Shown here piece after piece: positions 1 to 9,773 of a DNA stretch of 24,000 bases. Each line of letters starts with the position of its first letter. The stretch's first letter is position 1. The position numbers were made by a program, and so were the translations under genes. Below the pieces are notes generated by a model. It did not search any database, was not told the origin of the DNA, and worked only from the letters and a program-made list of their open reading frames with translations. The DNA comes from Stappiaceae bacterium (lineage in GTDB: Bacteria; Pseudomonadota; Alphaproteobacteria; Rhizobiales; Stappiaceae). The stretch spans positions 30,510 to 54,509 of the forward strand of contig JBLXBZ010000010.1 of NCBI GenBank assembly GCA_048265185.1. The letters are read 5' to 3'.

Positions 1-222
1 CCGAGAGCGGTTTGCGCAGCGTGCGAGATTTCTTCCGCATGCTGGCGGATGAATTTCGCCCCAAATCATAGGGGGCGAGGGAATGAGCTGGCCGCAGGCG
101 AATTGGCGTCGGCGACCTTGCTTATTCCATTAAAGTTTTTCCAGCTTGGTTGCCCGTTTTCCGGGCGTTCGTTAAACTGTTTGCAAAGGCAAGCTTTGAA
201 GGCCGCTTGGAAATCCATTCAG

Positions 223-1323
223 TCAGGATGCGCTCCGGGATAAGGAAAGCTGAATTTGCGGCGCAAGAGCGCGCGCTGTGCGCGCTGACCCAATCAGAGT
301 GGCTGACGCCGGCCCTGTCCAGTTGCCGTAACCAATAAGCCAGAGGTTCGGTTCTTTCTTCGATCTGTGATCGCCCTCGACGTCAATGCGTCCGTCGGCG
401 TTCACCACGCCCAATGGACGAAGGTGATCGGTCGCTGGCAGAAAGCCTGTGCACCAGATGACTGCGTCAATTTTCTCGCGTGTCCCGTCCGTCCAAACTA
501 CGCCGTCCCGGGTGAAGCGTTTGAAAGGGCGCACGGTTGACAGCGCGCCGCGCGCGCGCGCCTCTTTGACCGGCGCCACCATTACAATGTCTCCCAAGGT
601 GGTTGTTGAACTTTCCTCGAAATTCTCCCGGACCCGCGCGCTGGCCCTTTCGAATAGAACCCGCCCGTCTACGTCGTCTGGCAACATTTGCGGCGGTCTG
701 GTCGTCACCCATGTGGAATTGGCGTGCAGGCTGAGTTCGGCATGGATTTGAGCTCCTGAATTCCCGCCTCCAATTACCAAAACTCTCTTGCCGTTGAATG
801 TTTCTGGTTTTTGGTACTGCGCGGAGTGCAATTCTACGCCGTTGAATTCGTCGTGGCCGGGATAGGGGGGGATATAGGGGGCGCTCCAGGTTCCCGTTGC
901 GCTCACCACCGCCCGAGTCGTGCGCTGTCTTCCATCGGAAAAACGCAACCTTAATAAGGAGCCGAATTTTTCGACCGCCTTAACGCGCACGGGGCGTTCA
1001 ATGGGCAAATCGTAGCGTTTTTCGTAGCGAGTGAGGTAGTCGATCACCTCGTCCCGGCTGGGGAAATCGCCGCTTTGACTGGGAGGCATAGGCCATCCGG
1101 GCAAGGAGCTATAACCGGCGGGAGAGAATAAACGGAGCGAATCCCAACCGTGGCTCCAAGCCCCGCCAGGAGCGGGCTCCGCGTCGAACAACGCGAATGC
1201 CAGGTCTGTGCGGCGCAAATAATAACCGATGGAGAGCCCCGCTTGCCCGCCTCCGATGATGGCTACATCAAGGTCGGCGTTCTCTTCGGTTCCCATTGGT
1301 TGAGAGGCTGAAATGTCGGTCAT
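223..1323 (-). CDS. FAD/NAD(P)-binding flavin-containing monooxygenase-like oxidoreductase (ArsO-family-like)
   Basis: Full 366-aa ORF. It has an N-terminal Rossmann dinucleotide motif ([18 protein letters not shown]) and a second GG motif ([14 protein letters not shown]). The conserved blocks [21 protein letters not shown] and WCTGF resemble ArsO/CzcO-type flavoprotein monooxygenases as I recall them. Confidence 0.8.
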   Translation of the reverse strand: MTDISASQPMGTEENADLDVAIIGGGQAGLSIGYYLRRTDLAFALFDAEPAPGGAWSHGWDSLRLFSPAGYSSLPGWPMPPSQSGDFPSRDEVIDYLTRYEKRYDLPIERPVRVKAVEKFGSLLRLRFSDGRQRTTRAVVSATGTWSAPYIPPYPGHDEFNGVELHSAQYQKPETFNGKRVLVIGGGNSGAQIHAELSLHANSTWVTTRPPQMLPDDVDGRVLFERASARVRENFEESSTTTLGDIVMVAPVKEARARGALSTVRPFKRFTRDGVVWTDGTREKIDAVIWCTGFLPATDHLRPLGVVNADGRIDVEGDHRSKKEPNLWLIGYGNWTGPASATLIGSARTARALAPQIQLSLSRSAS

Positions 1324-1524
1324 GGGTTCCTCGGTTCAATGGTCTGCTATGTTGATGGCGCGAAGTTTGATCTGGCGAATCGGCGCGATAGCGGCAGTCT
1401 CAAGCTGAAGATGTTTCATCTACCCCGGCGCCGTTTGGCGGCTGATGAATGCCCTTTCAAGGCAAGGCCGCAGAATCAAGGTGTTTAACCAGAGACGTAT
1501 CCACCAAATGCTGGTCTGGACCTT

Positions 1525-2364
1525 TTAACCCGCGGTTTCATCTAAAAAGCGTTGGAGGACATTCGCCTGATCCAGATTTTGCGCAAGGTCGCGGAAAAGA
1601 GATTGAGCGCTCTCGAACATTCGGTTGTCCAAGCCGCTATCCGCGAGAAAACGAGAGATTTCCTTCATTTCAGCTTCCCAGCGATAGGCTTTCTGATTGA
1701 CTTGTGGAAGGCGCGTTTTGAGCCATTCCAGCATTTCGGGTTGGCTCAATTTCAGCTCTTCAAGAAGTTGTCCGCGCTTGTCCGGTTCATCCGTCGCGAA
1801 GGTCACCAGAATGGCTAGCGCTTGAAAGCCCTTGGTGAGAGCCGAATATCGCATCTTGAGTTCCGAGGCGCTTCCGATTTCGCCCGGCAGAAAGCGACAA
1901 TCGAGCCCGTGCGCGCGCAAGATTTCGGCTACGCCATCGTTGTCACCACATAGATAAAGGCGCGGCGGTATAGGGGCGTTGGCGTCTGTTCTTCCTATGA
2001 TGGCGCCATCGGCGAAAGGAAGATCGCGCTTTTCGAACACCGCGCCGATGGCGCGGGACGTCTTGGGAGAGAGCGCGTTACAATCTATATAGTACGGCGC
2101 ATTTGTCGCTTTGCCAAAAATTTGGATGAAACGTTCTGCGGTGGCGTGAGCGACGCCGGGCGGCACGATCGAAAGGAACAGGTCCGCGTCAGCAAGCTCG
2201 CTTTCATTGTCGACGGAGCGGATTCCGTTTCTCCTGGCCCGCTCCGCGCTTGCCTGGCTGCGCCCGTCCAGAGAGGTCAGCACCGTTGCGCCGCCTTGCA
2301 CAAGGATGCTCCCTATGGTCGCCCCCATATTGCCTGCCGAGATCAGTGCGATGGTCGTCATCAT
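1525..2364 (-). CDS. NAD(P)-dependent oxidoreductase, 6-phosphogluconate-dehydrogenase-like NAD-binding domain plus DUF1932-type C-terminal domain
   Basis: 279-aa ORF with an N-terminal IALISAGNMGATIG Rossmann motif. The C-terminal GSASELKMRYSALTKGFQAL block is typical of DUF1932 proteins. It lies 61 nt downstream of tctA on the same strand. Confidence 0.8.
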   Translation of the reverse strand: MMTTIALISAGNMGATIGSILVQGGATVLTSLDGRSQASAERARRNGIRSVDNESELADADLFLSIVPPGVAHATAERFIQIFGKATNAPYYIDCNALSPKTSRAIGAVFEKRDLPFADGAIIGRTDANAPIPPRLYLCGDNDGVAEILRAHGLDCRFLPGEIGSASELKMRYSALTKGFQALAILVTFATDEPDKRGQLLEELKLSQPEMLEWLKTRLPQVNQKAYRWEAEMKEISRFLADSGLDNRMFESAQSLFRDLAQNLDQANVLQRFLDETAG

Positions 2365-2425
2365 TTAACTCCCCGGTGACAAACGCGCATCTTCAGCCAT
2401 GCGGCGCTCTCTGCAAGAGGGAATG

Positions 2426-3940
2426 TTAGTCGGCGCCAACCTCCCGGCGTTCTTTTCCTTTGACGCGAAACGCGGAATATACTGCGTATATCAGGAATAA
2501 TGCGGTTATGCCAAGAACGGCGGCGCTGATCGGGCGCTCAAAGAATGTGCTGAAATCCCCGCGCGACAAAAGCATGGCGCGGCGGAAATGCTCCTCCATC
2601 ATCGGTCCCAGCACGAAGCCAAGCAGCAAAGGAGCCGCCGGCAGGTTCAAAGCCCTCATGGCCAACCCAACGACTGAGAAGGCGACAACCATCCAGACGT
2701 CAGCCACTGCGTTGTGCACCGAAAATGCGCCAATGGCGATGAAGACGAGAACCGCTGGATACATCAGGTGATAGGGGACTTGAAGCAAGCGCACCCAGAT
2801 TCCGATCAAGGGAATGTTCAGGATCAGCAGAAAGATATTGCCGATCCAGAAACTCATGATCAGCCCCCAAAACATTTCGGGTTGCTCCGTCAACAGACGT
2901 GGACCGGGATTGACGCCGTGTATCATCAGAGCGCCGAGCATCAAGGCCATGGTCGGACTGCCGGGAATTCCCAGCGATAACGTCGGCACGAAAGCGGTCT
3001 GGTCGGCGGCGTTATTGGCCGATTCCGGCGCGACAACGCCTTCAATTGCGCCTTTTCCGAACCGCTCGGGAGTGCGGGAGACTTGTTTTTCCAGCGCATA
3101 GGACATGAAAGAAGCTATCGCCGGCCCGGTGCCTGGCAAAGTGCCGAAGAACGAGCCTATCGCAGAACCGCGAACCATGGGAAATAACGAGCGTTTGGCG
3201 TCGTCCCGCGTCGGTTTCATCGCCTTCAGCTTGACGCTTTCCGGATCGATATTTTCCGCCTGAACTTTGCCGACGGATTGAATCACTTCTGCGACGCCAA
3301 AAATTCCCATGGCGAGGGCCACGAGACTGACGCCCTCCGCCAACTCCAGGTGCCCAAAGGTAAACCGCTCGAGGCCGGAGTAGATGTCCGTGCCGACCAT
3401 TCCGAAAGCTACGCCCATGGTGACCATGGCCAGCCCTTTGACGGCCGAGCTGTCGGTGATGGTCGATGCGGCGACCAATCCAAGCAGCATCAGCGAGAAA
3501 TAGTCCGCAGCGCCGAATTCCAGCGCGTAACCGGCGATTACGGGCGCGAATAGCATCAAAAGAATGACGCCGACCGTGGCGCCGAAGAAGGAAGCTACGG
3601 TGGTCATCAATAACGCGACGCCGCCACGCCCCTGGCGCGACATTGGATAGCCGTCAAGGCAGGTGACCGCAGATGACGTGGTGCCTGGAATGTTCAGCAA
3701 AATAGACGCGGTGGAGCCGCCATAGGCGGTGCCGTACCATATTCCGGCGAGCATTATCAGAGCTGAGGTCGGGTCAAGATGGAAAGTGATGGGAAACAGC
3801 ATTGATATCGCCGCAAGAGCGCCAATGCCGGGTATGACCCCGATGAACGTGCCCATGAAAACGCCGACGAAGCAGTACAATAGATTTGAGAGGCTGAAGG
3901 CGACGCTAAAGCCGAGGGAGAGGTTATCTAAGAATGTCAT
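2426..3940 (-). CDS. tctA: Tripartite tricarboxylate transporter large permease TctA
   Basis: Long polytopic membrane ORF with TctA-like blocks (GVIPGIGALAAISMLFP, GGSTASILLNIPG, GTLPGTGPAIASF). I moved the start to the internal ATG at 3940 (MTFLDNLSLGF), which forms an ATGA overlap with the tctB stop. The ORF-track start at 4024 would run 84 nt into tctB. Confidence 0.92.
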   Translation of the reverse strand: MTFLDNLSLGFSVAFSLSNLLYCFVGVFMGTFIGVIPGIGALAAISMLFPITFHLDPTSALIMLAGIWYGTAYGGSTASILLNIPGTTSSAVTCLDGYPMSRQGRGGVALLMTTVASFFGATVGVILLMLFAPVIAGYALEFGAADYFSLMLLGLVAASTITDSSAVKGLAMVTMGVAFGMVGTDIYSGLERFTFGHLELAEGVSLVALAMGIFGVAEVIQSVGKVQAENIDPESVKLKAMKPTRDDAKRSLFPMVRGSAIGSFFGTLPGTGPAIASFMSYALEKQVSRTPERFGKGAIEGVVAPESANNAADQTAFVPTLSLGIPGSPTMALMLGALMIHGVNPGPRLLTEQPEMFWGLIMSFWIGNIFLLILNIPLIGIWVRLLQVPYHLMYPAVLVFIAIGAFSVHNAVADVWMVVAFSVVGLAMRALNLPAAPLLLGFVLGPMMEEHFRRAMLLSRGDFSTFFERPISAAVLGITALFLIYAVYSAFRVKGKERREVGAD

Positions 3941-4431
3941 CAGAAGGGCCACTTGAGCATCGTGAATGGTAAGCCGAGAGCGACAGAGAAAACGCCGTAC
4001 ACCAGCGCGCTGAGAACAACGCATACGCCGGCTATCGCCTTGAGATTGGGCTGACGCTCGCCATAAGAGGACAAGACGACAAGCGCCGCGATTGCGGGAA
4101 GAAGGCCAAGTGGTCGCACGGTCACGGCAAAGGCGATGAGCCCTGCCAGAACGGCGATGGATGGACGCATGGCGATGCGGGTGAAGCTACCGGACCGAAA
4201 CAGGGCTGGCAGGGCGATCAGGGCGCCTAGGCCAATCAATATGACGCCAACCCCCATGGGAAAAGCGCCTGGGCCCAGACGCCGGACGCTTCCCAGCTCG
4301 TAGTTCACGACGGCGTAAGCTGCGAACAAGGCGCCGAAGAGCAGGATCAGAGCGCCTGCGGTGATATCTCTATAGTCGCGTTTCATCTTATTCCCCCCGT
4401 TATTCCCATCGGCTTTCGCCAATAGCGTCAT
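3940..4431 (-). CDS. tctB: Tripartite tricarboxylate transporter small membrane subunit TctB
   Basis: Small, about 150-160 aa, four-TM hydrophobic ORF immediately upstream of tctA and overlapping it by ATGA. An alternative start at 4386 (MKRDYRD) is preceded by a G-rich RBS. The start at 4431 overlaps the stop of the upstream gene by ATGA. Confidence 0.8.
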   Translation of the reverse strand: MTLLAKADGNNGGNKMKRDYRDITAGALILLFGALFAAYAVVNYELGSVRRLGPGAFPMGVGVILIGLGALIALPALFRSGSFTRIAMRPSIAVLAGLIAFAVTVRPLGLLPAIAALVVLSSYGERQPNLKAIAGVCVVLSALVYGVFSVALGLPFTMLKWPF

Positions 4432-5099
4432 TCATAGGTGACGCCGGCGGCCTCCAGCGCCTTGTCGACCCAGGAGCGGTCGTTTCTGCCCTCTCGGATC
4501 ATTTCCAGCTGGCGCGTCTCGGCCATGTGTTTTTTGTGGGCGGCTTTATGCACCGCCTCGACGTTGTCGAAAGGAACGCAGATCAGCCCGTCCGCATCCC
4601 CAATGACGAGGTCGCCAGGCGTTATCACCATGCCGTCAATTGCGATCTGCGCGTTTATTTCGCCGGGGCCGCTTTTGAACGGGCCGCGATGGGTGACGCC
4701 AGCGGCGAAGACAGGAAAATTGCTCGCAGCTATTTCCGCGCTGTCTCGAACCGCGCCCCAAATGACGACGCCGGCGAGGCCGCGCTGAGCCGCATAGGCG
4801 CTCATCATCTCGCCCAACAATGCGTTGGATGTTTCGCCGCCGCCGTCGACCAGAATGACGTCGCCCGCTTCCGCTGTGTCCAGCGCCTTGTGAAGCAGAA
4901 GGTTGTCTCCGGGTCTGACCCGGACCGTGAAGGCGGGACCGCATAATTTGCCGCCGTTATGCGCTGGGCGCAGCTTGGCTCCGCCGGCGAACATGCGTCC
5001 CATAGCGTCGCTGACGGTGGCTACCGGCAGTTCCCGGTAAGCTTCGACCCAGCGACTCGCGACGCGCCGCCGCCGTTGAAATATTCGGTTTCCAATCAA
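4428..5099 (-). CDS. RraA-family protein / class II 4-hydroxy-4-methyl-2-oxoglutarate aldolase-oxaloacetate decarboxylase-like
   Basis: 223-aa ORF with RraA/HMG-aldolase family blocks (GDVILVDGGG...ALLGEMMSAYAAQRGLAGVVIWGAVRD, GDLVIGDADGLICVP). TTG start with GGAG about 8 nt upstream. First gene of the minus-strand operon. Confidence 0.85.
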   Translation of the reverse strand: MIGNRIFQRRRRVASRWVEAYRELPVATVSDAMGRMFAGGAKLRPAHNGGKLCGPAFTVRVRPGDNLLLHKALDTAEAGDVILVDGGGETSNALLGEMMSAYAAQRGLAGVVIWGAVRDSAEIAASNFPVFAAGVTHRGPFKSGPGEINAQIAIDGMVITPGDLVIGDADGLICVPFDNVEAVHKAAHKKHMAETRQLEMIREGRNDRSWVDKALEAAGVTYE

Positions 5100-5338
5100 G
5101 GGAGGCTCCGTGTTTTATAAGTCGAGCAGCCAGCGCAATCCCGTTTTACGTTTAGCTCGAACGTCGGAGCGAGGTCTCATGCTGCGTTTGACGTTTCTTT
5201 CATGTCAAACCGCAAAATGACTGCGTTAACGGGCGAGTTGACTGTTCCCGCTCAAGAAGTAGAGTGCATCTTGATAACGGATTTTGATACAGCGTTTCAA
5301 GTATAAAAACGACGTTTCATATTTTGGCGGGATTACAC

Positions 5339-6079
5339 ATGGCGAAACAGGAAGGCGGAACAACGGTTACGAGAGCGCTGTCGCTTCTCTTGGCTTTCAG
5401 GGAGAGAGAGCGCTCTTTATCTCTGGCCGAACTGGCGCGGCGCGTCGAGCTGGATAAATCGACGGTGCTTCGATTGGCGCGAACGCTCGCGGCTCAGCAT
5501 TTTTTAGTGCAGAATGTGGACACCTCGTGGCGGTTAGGCCCGGCGCTGGTGCGTTTGGGCGGTTTTTACCAATCTATTTTTGACATCCGCGAGGTGGGGG
5601 AGCCGTTGTTACGCCAATTATCGCGGACCACCGGTGAGAGCGCGGCGATTTACGTTCCGGAGGCGGGAGGGCGTGTCTGTTTGCTGCGTTACGATTCCGA
5701 GCAGTCGATCCGTCACCATGTCCGGGTTGGCGAAATTCTGCCGTTGGAGCGAGGGGCGCCGGGTCGAACCATCCTTGCTTATCAGGCGGAGGAGGGGGCT
5801 GTTTATGACGAGATTCGCGCAAAAGGGTACTATTTCACCGCTGGCGAGCGAGATCCTCAGGTCGCGAGCCTTGCAGTCCCTATTTTTGAGGATGGGGATC
5901 GTTTGTTTGGAGCGCTTGCGGTGACTGGGCCGCCCGGACGGTTCCACAGCGCCGCAGTGACCAGTCATCTTCCTCATCTGCGAAGCGCGGCCGCAAGCTT
6001 GACGCGTTCTCTGGGGGGCGATGCGCTTTTCTATGGCGTGCTGGGATCGGAAGTCGTGGATGACGATAGAGTTGATTGA
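5339..6079 (+). CDS. IclR-family transcriptional regulator
   Basis: N-terminal wHTH (RALSLLLAF...LSLAELARRVELDKSTVLRLARTL) followed by an IclR effector-binding domain pattern (GESAAIYV..., LAVPIF...LFGALAVTGP). It is divergent from the rraA-like/tctBA operon. I prefer the ATG at 5339 to the TTG at 5324. Confidence 0.9.
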   Translation: MAKQEGGTTVTRALSLLLAFRERERSLSLAELARRVELDKSTVLRLARTLAAQHFLVQNVDTSWRLGPALVRLGGFYQSIFDIREVGEPLLRQLSRTTGESAAIYVPEAGGRVCLLRYDSEQSIRHHVRVGEILPLERGAPGRTILAYQAEEGAVYDEIRAKGYYFTAGERDPQVASLAVPIFEDGDRLFGALAVTGPPGRFHSAAVTSHLPHLRSAAASLTRSLGGDALFYGVLGSEVVDDDRVD

Positions 6080-6172
6080 GCGTGATATCTGCCGTTGAGG
6101 CAAAAAATGAAATAGTATAGTTGATAGTGAAACGTTCGCAGTGGCGCGGCGCTCAGCTAGGTGCGGTTTTTC

Positions 6173-7534
6173 ATGTCCGATTCTCAAGCCGAGGGGCTGC
6201 CTGCTCCTCGACGAAGGGTGGCCATTTTGGCCATTCTTCTTACTATTTCAACAATCACAATGGATAGCAGCGCGATTAATGTCGCGCTTCCAGAAATTGG
6301 GGAAACGCTCGGGGTGGCGCCGCGCGAGGTGACCGTCGTGGTTGGCGTTTATCAGTTGATCATTGTGGCCTGCCTGTTTCCTATCGCGAGTCTGTCCGAA
6401 ATTCTCGGCTATCGCCGGGTATATCTATGTGGTCTGGCCGTTTTCGTTGTCGGCGCCGCGCTGAATGCGCTGGCGGGCAGTTTGGAAATGCTTGTGACGA
6501 CACGTGCGCTTCAGGCGCTCGGGGCCGCCTGCGTGATGAGCGTGAATTTGGCGATGTTGCGTTATGTCGTTCCCGCCAGTCATTTGGGAAGGTCTATTGG
6601 CGTTAACGCAATGGCGGTCGCCCTCTCCACCACGGCTGGGCCGGCGATCGCCGGTTGGCTTCTTGGTTTTTTGCCCTGGAACGCGGTTGTGATGTTGGGG
6701 GTGCCCACAGGTCTGATTGGGCTTGTTCTTGCTGTAATCAGTCTGCCGGAAAGCGAGAAAGTTCGGCGATCCTTTGATGGAAAAAGCGCGCTATTGAGTG
6801 CGGCGGCGTTTGGATTCTTTACTTATTCACTTGTGCTTACCAGTCGGGAAGGGGGCGCTTTTTTGGCGATCGTCATGTTGACGGTCGGGCTGTTGAGCGG
6901 CGTTGCGCTGTTTCGCCGGCAACGTGGCTCCAAGACCCCGCTGGTTCCTCTGGATCTATTCAAACAGCCCGCGTTCAGCCTGTCAGTGGCGACCTCCATC
7001 TGCGCGTTCAGCACGCAAATGCTGGCGTATGTGTCGCTGCCCTTCGCCTTGCAGGTCGGTATGAGTTTCACGTCAGCGGAAACAGGCTTGATACTAAGCG
7101 CTTGGCCGTTCGCTCTTCTTTTTACGGCTCCTGTGGCGGCGCGTTTGGCCGATACGCGGTACAATGGCCGATGCGTCGCAGCTGGATTGGGGATGATGGC
7201 GCTGGGTATGGTTTTGCTTTCCTTAATGCCGGCGGATACGGAAACCTGGGGCGTTTGCTTGCGGTTAGCGGTTTGCGGCGTTGGATTTTCTCTGTTTCAA
7301 ACGCCCAATAACCACAGTTTGATGGGCGCCGCGCCTCGTTATCGAGGGAGCGCCGCCTCTTCGTCGCTGGCGACGGCCAGACTGTTGGGGCAGGCGCTTG
7401 GCACTTCGCTCGCCGCCATTGGCCTCACCTTCGGACCGGGAGGGGCGTTGCATGGCTTGCTGTTGGGGGCGGTTTTGTCCGGCGGCGGTCTCATCATTGC
7501 CCTGGTCCGATATCGGATGTTTTTTGCAAAATAA
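6173..7534 (+). CDS. MFS transporter (drug/metabolite:H+ antiporter-like)
   Basis: Hydrophobic ORF of about 453-457 aa with 12-14 predicted TM stretches and an MFS-like loop motif (SLSEILGYRRVYL). The ATG at 6173 could be replaced by the upstream GTG at 6161. Confidence 0.85.
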   Translation: MSDSQAEGLPAPRRRVAILAILLTISTITMDSSAINVALPEIGETLGVAPREVTVVVGVYQLIIVACLFPIASLSEILGYRRVYLCGLAVFVVGAALNALAGSLEMLVTTRALQALGAACVMSVNLAMLRYVVPASHLGRSIGVNAMAVALSTTAGPAIAGWLLGFLPWNAVVMLGVPTGLIGLVLAVISLPESEKVRRSFDGKSALLSAAAFGFFTYSLVLTSREGGAFLAIVMLTVGLLSGVALFRRQRGSKTPLVPLDLFKQPAFSLSVATSICAFSTQMLAYVSLPFALQVGMSFTSAETGLILSAWPFALLFTAPVAARLADTRYNGRCVAAGLGMMALGMVLLSLMPADTETWGVCLRLAVCGVGFSLFQTPNNHSLMGAAPRYRGSAASSSLATARLLGQALGTSLAAIGLTFGPGGALHGLLLGAVLSGGGLIIALVRYRMFFAK

Positions 7535-7619
7535 TGAAATGCCGTTGTGTTTAATGAAACGAATCGATAGAATCCGATTCTAGTGACGTCTTTAGACGTT
7601 TTGCAGGAGTGGGAAATCT

Positions 7620-8342
7620 ATGACAAAGAAGCTTGTAGTCGTCAGCGCCCATGTTGGTGATTTCGTTTGGCGCTGCGGCGGCGCGATCGCGCTGCACGTT
7701 AAGGCAGGATACGAAGCTACAATCATTTGTCTGGCCTTCGGTGAACGGGGCGAATCCGCTCGTTTGTTTCAGGAGCCGGGAATGACCGCCGCCAGAGCGC
7801 GTGAAATTCGCCGCAGGGAAGCGCTCAGCGCCGCTGCGGAATTGGGCGCTAAAATCATATTCCTGGAAGGTCAGGACTATATGCTGCGCGTTGATGACGT
7901 CATGCTGCACGAGGCGGCGAAAATTCTACGTCAGACGCAGCCTGAGTTCATTCTGACCCATGCGGCTCATGACCCTTCCAATCTTGATCATGTAACGGCG
8001 CATCGCTTCGCGTTGGAGGCGCGGATGGTGGCGCAAGCCCATGGGCATGAGGACGGGGAGCAAGTTCTCGGAGCGCCGCAGGTCTACTGTTTCGAGCCCC
8101 ATCAAGCGGAACTATGCAAGTTCGTTCCTGACACGCTTATCGATATTTCCGAGGTTTGGGAGACCAAGCTCGCGGCTATGCACCGCCTGGCTGGTCAGAA
8201 AAAGCTTTGGTCTTACTACGAGAACATGGCTCTTCAGCGCGGCGCTGTGTCAAAGCGCCGGCAAAAGGGAGGGAGTGATGGGCCGGTTTATGCCGAAGCT
8301 TATCAGCGGATATTCCCATCGGTGGTTTCGCTGTTGGGGTGA
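7620..8342 (+). CDS. PIG-L/LmbE-family deacetylase-type metal hydrolase
   Basis: 240-aa ORF. The N-terminal VVVSAHVGDFVWRCGGAIA and the later THAAHDPSNLDHVTAH blocks resemble the PIG-L family metal-binding motifs (H-x-D-D and H-x-D-H). GGAG-type RBS upstream (gcaggagtgggaaatct ATG). Confidence 0.78.
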   Translation: MTKKLVVVSAHVGDFVWRCGGAIALHVKAGYEATIICLAFGERGESARLFQEPGMTAARAREIRRREALSAAAELGAKIIFLEGQDYMLRVDDVMLHEAAKILRQTQPEFILTHAAHDPSNLDHVTAHRFALEARMVAQAHGHEDGEQVLGAPQVYCFEPHQAELCKFVPDTLIDISEVWETKLAAMHRLAGQKKLWSYYENMALQRGAVSKRRQKGGSDGPVYAEAYQRIFPSVVSLLG

Positions 8343-8402
8343 GCCGGTCAACGTCGGCTTTGACCGATTTAAACGCCCTATTAGGGTACTAAGGGAGTGA
8401 AA

Positions 8403-9350
8403 ATGTCAAAATTCAAAAAATTTCTCGCGGCTTGCGCCGTTGCGCTGACCGTATCGCCGGCGATGGCGGATGAATGGCCAAGCCAGCCGATCCGTTTGAT
8501 CGTTCCGTTTTCGGCAGGTGGTCCGGCTGATATCGTCGCGCGCGAGCTGGGTAAGAGGATGGGCGATTATCTCGGCCAGCCCGTTATCGTCGAGAACATG
8601 ACCGGCGCCGGCGGCGTGATCGCCGCGCGCCATGTGATCGGGTCTAAGCCTGATGGTTACACCGTGTTTTTCCCCGCCGCCGGCAGCATAGCGGTTCGTC
8701 CGCAAATCGACGGACTGGAGGAGATCGTTGAACAATTGCGACCCGTGGCGGTGGTTTCAACCTCCGCTCATGTGATGGTGGTCAATGCGGAAAGCGACTT
8801 TCACAGCGTCGCTGACCTGATTTCCTACGCCAAGGAGCATCCAGGGGAGCTGAACTATGGATCCGCCGGCGCTGGCGCGGTGGCTCATTTGGGCATGGCG
8901 CGTTTCGCCAACGCCGCCGGTATTGAAATGGAGCATATTCCGTACGGCGGCACGTCGGCTGCGATTGTCGACGTGGCGGGGGGCGCGGTCGACGCCCTGC
9001 TCAGTTCAAAGCCTTCGCTCACCGCCATGATCGACGCAGGCAAGATCCGCGTGATTGGCGTGACTGACGTAGCGCCGGGAACTGACGCTCCTCTGATTTC
9101 TGAAACGGTTGAAGAATTTTCCTATTCGACCTGGTACGGGATGATGGTTCCTGCGGCGACCGATGATAAAATCGTCGAAAAATTGAACGAAGCCGCCGGC
9201 GTCGCCGTTGGCGACGAGGCGTTACAGGAAGAGATGGCTTCTCGCTCAATGACGTTGATGCACACGTCGCCGGAAGAAATGGCGACGATGATCGACAAGG
9301 ACGTTAAGGAGTGGGGCGAGGTGATTGAAAACGTAGGATTGAAGAAGTAG
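8403..9350 (+). CDS. tctC: Tripartite tricarboxylate transporter periplasmic substrate-binding protein TctC (Bug family)
   Basis: Signal peptide (KKFLAACAVALTVSPAMA) followed by the Bug/TctC signature PIRLIVPFSAGGPADIVAREL...VENMTGAGG. The ATG at 8403 sits 5 nt after an AAGGGAG RBS. The ORF-track GTG at 8397 is less likely. Confidence 0.92.
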   Translation: MSKFKKFLAACAVALTVSPAMADEWPSQPIRLIVPFSAGGPADIVARELGKRMGDYLGQPVIVENMTGAGGVIAARHVIGSKPDGYTVFFPAAGSIAVRPQIDGLEEIVEQLRPVAVVSTSAHVMVVNAESDFHSVADLISYAKEHPGELNYGSAGAGAVAHLGMARFANAAGIEMEHIPYGGTSAAIVDVAGGAVDALLSSKPSLTAMIDAGKIRVIGVTDVAPGTDAPLISETVEEFSYSTWYGMMVPAATDDKIVEKLNEAAGVAVGDEALQEEMASRSMTLMHTSPEEMATMIDKDVKEWGEVIENVGLKK

Positions 9351-9375
9351 CCTTTTTCCTATGATTGAAGCGCTG

Positions 9376-9406
9376 AAAGGCCCGGATATTTTGTCCGGGC
9401 CTTTTT
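9376..9406 (+). terminator. Rho-independent terminator downstream of tctC
   Basis: Perfect 11-bp stem AAAGGCCCGGA (9376-9386) / TCCGGGCCTTT (9394-9404) with a 7-nt loop, running into a T-tract. It lies 26 nt after the tctC stop. Confidence 0.75.
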
Positions 9407-9591
9407 GCGTGGTGGATCTGTGTCCAGATGCTTGAGTCGCTTTATGCGGTTTATTTTTCTTTAATAAAATCAAATATTTAATTTTTTAAATCGACGCCTG
9501 AAGGCGAGATGAAAACTTTCCTGAATCCATTCAGCTCGCTTTAATCCGCATTTCTTCAAGAATATCGGCCATTTCGAATTGCTCCGTCAAA

Positions 9592-9615
9592 TTATCTGCA
9601 TGTGCATGCAAATAT
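9592..9615. promoter_or_regulatory. 24-bp palindromic box A upstream of the SMR operon (candidate MarR operator)
   Basis: TTATCTGCATGTGCATGCAAATAT has the dyad TATnTGCATG-nn-CATGCAnATA, with 9 of 12 positions self-complementary. It shares a 15-bp identical core with box B and 19 of 22 positions with box C. Confidence 0.5.
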
Positions 9616-9636
9616 ATTGACGAATAGCTCTGTTTT

Positions 9637-9660
9637 TATTATGTATGTGCATGCAAATAA
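9637..9660. promoter_or_regulatory. Box B, second copy of the same motif upstream of the SMR operon
   Basis: The core ATGTGCATGCAAATA (9645-9659) is identical to 9600-9614, 45 bp downstream of box A. The left half-site is weaker. It lies 114 nt upstream of the SMR start. Confidence 0.45.
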
Positions 9661-9773
9661 TTGGGCGAGCGATTTCGACAAATCCTGGCATTGGCGGCGG
9701 TCGTCGCCATTGGCGACAAATAATCCGCAGGCAATTGCGCTTCAAAGGCAACCTGTGACGAAGGGAAATTATT

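Noticed and set aside
1-71. Possible 3' end of a plus-strand gene (...RDFFRMLADEFRPKS*) at the window edge
   Set aside because: Only 22 codons are visible, with no recognisable motif. I cannot tell it from a chance open frame.
2460-3956. Multiple 75-103-aa plus-strand ORFs antisense to tctA, with similar antisense ORFs inside the rraA-like, IclR, MFS, GGDEF-EAL and methyltransferase genes
   Set aside because: They lie fully within strongly supported genes on the opposite strand, have Arg/Pro/Ser/Ala-rich shadow-frame translations, and lack RBS signals. These are typical shadow ORFs.
9480-9773. Possible guanidine (ykkC, mini-ykkC or ykkC-III) riboswitch in the leader of the SMR pair
   Set aside because: I found no paired GC-rich hairpins with ACGR tetraloops and no ykkC-III-like ACCGGACGAGG core. 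The only ACGA (cctgtgacgaaggg) is not closed by the required G-C pairs. The leader instead carries repeated palindromic protein-operator-like boxes. A covariance-model scan is still needed to be sure.
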